Below are positions 62,871 through 64,000 of a stretch of DNA of 64,000 nt, piece after piece. This stretch comes from Heptranchias perlo (lineage: Eukaryota), in the NCBI RefSeq assembly GCF_035084215.1, contig NC_090358.1, positions 11,718,001-11,782,000 on the forward strand, read 5' to 3'. Made by a program: the position numbers and the translations under genes. Below the pieces are notes generated by a model that was not told where the DNA came from, did no database searches, and saw only the letters and a program-made list of their open reading frames with translations. How positions within the stretch are numbered: position 1 is the first letter of the stretch; each line of letters starts with the position of its first letter.

Positions 62871-64000
62871 ACATTTCCTGTTTCTTGAAAGACAAATATC
62901 AAACTGGTATAGATTATAACTGCTAACTAAATTTATTTACACTTAAGCAACTTACAAAAGTACTAGGCAAACACTATACAGCACAATAAACTTCTAGAAA
63001 TAAATCCAGAAACAGTTTGCAGTTACCCATTTCAAGCTCCTTCAATAAGCCCTACATCAACCATGCCTTTGATTCTGTGAAATTGCACTTTGTGAGAATA
63101 GTGGCTTTTATTAGTTTCTTCCTTCTGACCTGTTTACAATGAGAAGGAATACTTCTGAATTGAGGCTGCTTAGTTTTAAAATATACTTTTCCCTTTCAAG
63201 TTGCAACCTTTCAAGGTCTGTTTGGCCTTGCCTGGTTCAGTTAAGAATTGGAAAAACTCATTTGAACCATCGTGGACCCATTATAAGCCCCCCCTCCCTC
63301 CCTCCCCGCAGAAATGATGGCTTCCGAGTTAAATTCTTATCGGGTCATAAGTAAACTAATGCTCACTGCTTTGATTCTTTCTGTCATCACTTGGCAATGA
63401 GCCTCAGCAAAAACAGGAAATTTTATTTCACATCAACTTCCCGATTTTTAGCACCACGCGTTGAGAAACATGCACTGCACATTAGACCTTCTGGAGGTTA
63501 AGAGATCTGATAATTCCTTCAAATAAATAAGGATTTTGTATGATTTTTTTTCCATCAAGTTTGATTAAATTGAGTATAAAAGTAACAATGCTGTATTATC
63601 CTATGGCAATATGTGCACGCTCATATGATGAAAAACCATCACAACTGTTCCTTCTGTAAATCATGTACATGTACAATCTGACCAACCATTGAATCTACCT
63701 AACTCACAACATCTCCTGAGGGACAATTCTTTATTTAAAAAAAAAACTCCTGACCTTCCGAGGTAATGAAGTGAAACTCTAGAATATCTACCTGACTACA
63801 CTGAGATTCAGTCGTAGCAGCTTACTTTCCACAAATGACATTTGCGTAGTCCCTGCAGCACCTCATGTTACAGACTTTTACAGGATTTTGATTGCTACCC
63901 CTCTTGTTCAGTCAGCAGTGACTACTATTGGACATTTTGTGCTCTCAATTTTTGTGGGATTCAGTTACATTTTTTATTTATTCCATCATATTTCTGAGTA

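Overview
Vertebrate genomic DNA. The repeat content (CR1 LINEs with ATGACTCT/ATTCTATG tails, L2, Deu-domain SINEs, Tx1, Penelope-type pLTRs) suggests a cartilaginous fish; this is inference. Three intron-containing genes were reconstructed by hand from splice sites and translation. (1) CLPX, coding exons 1-3, minus strand, continuing off the left edge. (2) A complete 18-coding-exon MYEF2 (+ strand, 21754-42015, 652 aa), head-to-head with CLPX, with an 8-nt microexon and a U12-type intron. (3) A complete 9-exon SLC24A5/NCKX5 (- strand, 60686-46302, 513 aa), tail-to-tail with MYEF2. Most ORF-track entries are retroelement fragments or noise. I cannot show a wholly new biological system. The best leads are: Penelope-derived minimal hammerhead-ribozyme motifs, one within a perfect 81-bp inverted repeat with a 12-bp TSD; a candidate stop-containing poison micro-cassette exon in MYEF2; a 178-bp intronic inverted duplication; an apparently extra Gly/Met-repeat MYEF2 exon; two unusual charge substitutions in NCKX5; nested young LINEs; a CR1 3' end abutting the MYEF2 promoter; and CLPX-MYEF2 adjacency without CTXN2. 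Orthologue comparisons are from memory of the families and need database confirmation. Repeat boundaries are approximate unless TSDs are given.
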